A stretch of DNA of 63,522 nt, the filler included, from Octopus bimaculoides (taxonomy: Eukaryota): NCBI RefSeq assembly GCF_001194135.2. It is 12 parts of 12 records of this genome, joined end to end, with 100 filler letters (N's around TTAATTAATTAA, not from the genome) between each part and the next. Parts side by side here need not be neighbours in the genome. Positions count along the whole stretch, not along the records: positions 61,468 to 63,522 come from NW_026416857.1; 11 more parts are not named here. The stretch is one strand, 5' to 3'. Position numbers and translations under genes: made by a program. Below, in pieces: positions 63,421 to 63,522 of this stretch (the stretch's first letter is position 1; each line of letters begins with the position of its first letter). The notes beneath the pieces are model-generated. The model was not told where the DNA came from and made no database searches. It saw only the letters and a list, made by a program, of their open reading frames with translations.

Positions 63421-63522
63421 GAGATAGACATGATTTAACATCCAACTTCCATAGGTTGGGTAAAGGACCTCTTGGGTATGGTCTCCTCAGTTGAACACCT
63501 TTGTCGATGCCATCCACCTTAC

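Overview
Eukaryotic, AT-rich, gap-ridden draft-assembly DNA made mostly of introns and repeats. There are no prokaryotic features, CRISPR arrays, rRNA or tRNA genes. The repeat repertoire resembles a coleoid cephalopod such as Octopus; this is my inference from the SINE, RTE-LINE, Penelope and C2H2-ZNF content, not a database result. Almost all long ORFs in the supplied track are microsatellite or N-gap artefacts or decayed transposon proteins. Decayed mobile elements include RTE LINEs, R4/Dong-type RLE retrotransposons sitting in (TAA)n arrays, a near full-length Penelope (RT + GIY-YIG), Tc1, mariner and maT fragments, a Ty3/Gypsy element lacking PR-RT-RNaseH, non-autonomous Helitrons, MITEs and many tRNA-headed SINEs. 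Manual splice-site reading suggests four host-gene pieces. (1) A minus-strand multi-pass membrane-protein gene with phase-compatible exons at about 45.8, 44.2, 37.8, 37.05 and possibly 32.7 and 56.3 kb; I cannot assign it to a family. (2) A clear plus-strand half-LDL-receptor class A exon at 55891-55961. (3) A candidate plus-strand gene start at 20688 within YY1-like motifs. (4) A minus-strand micro-exon plus exon pair at 10.3-10.7 kb ending in Cys-Cys-stop. The most unusual sequence structures are a 29-bp tandem array in which each unit carries a splice-donor motif, a 118-bp near-perfect foldback, and degenerate hammerhead-like motifs. I found no convincingly new multi-gene system. All gene models are hand-made hypotheses that need RNA-seq.
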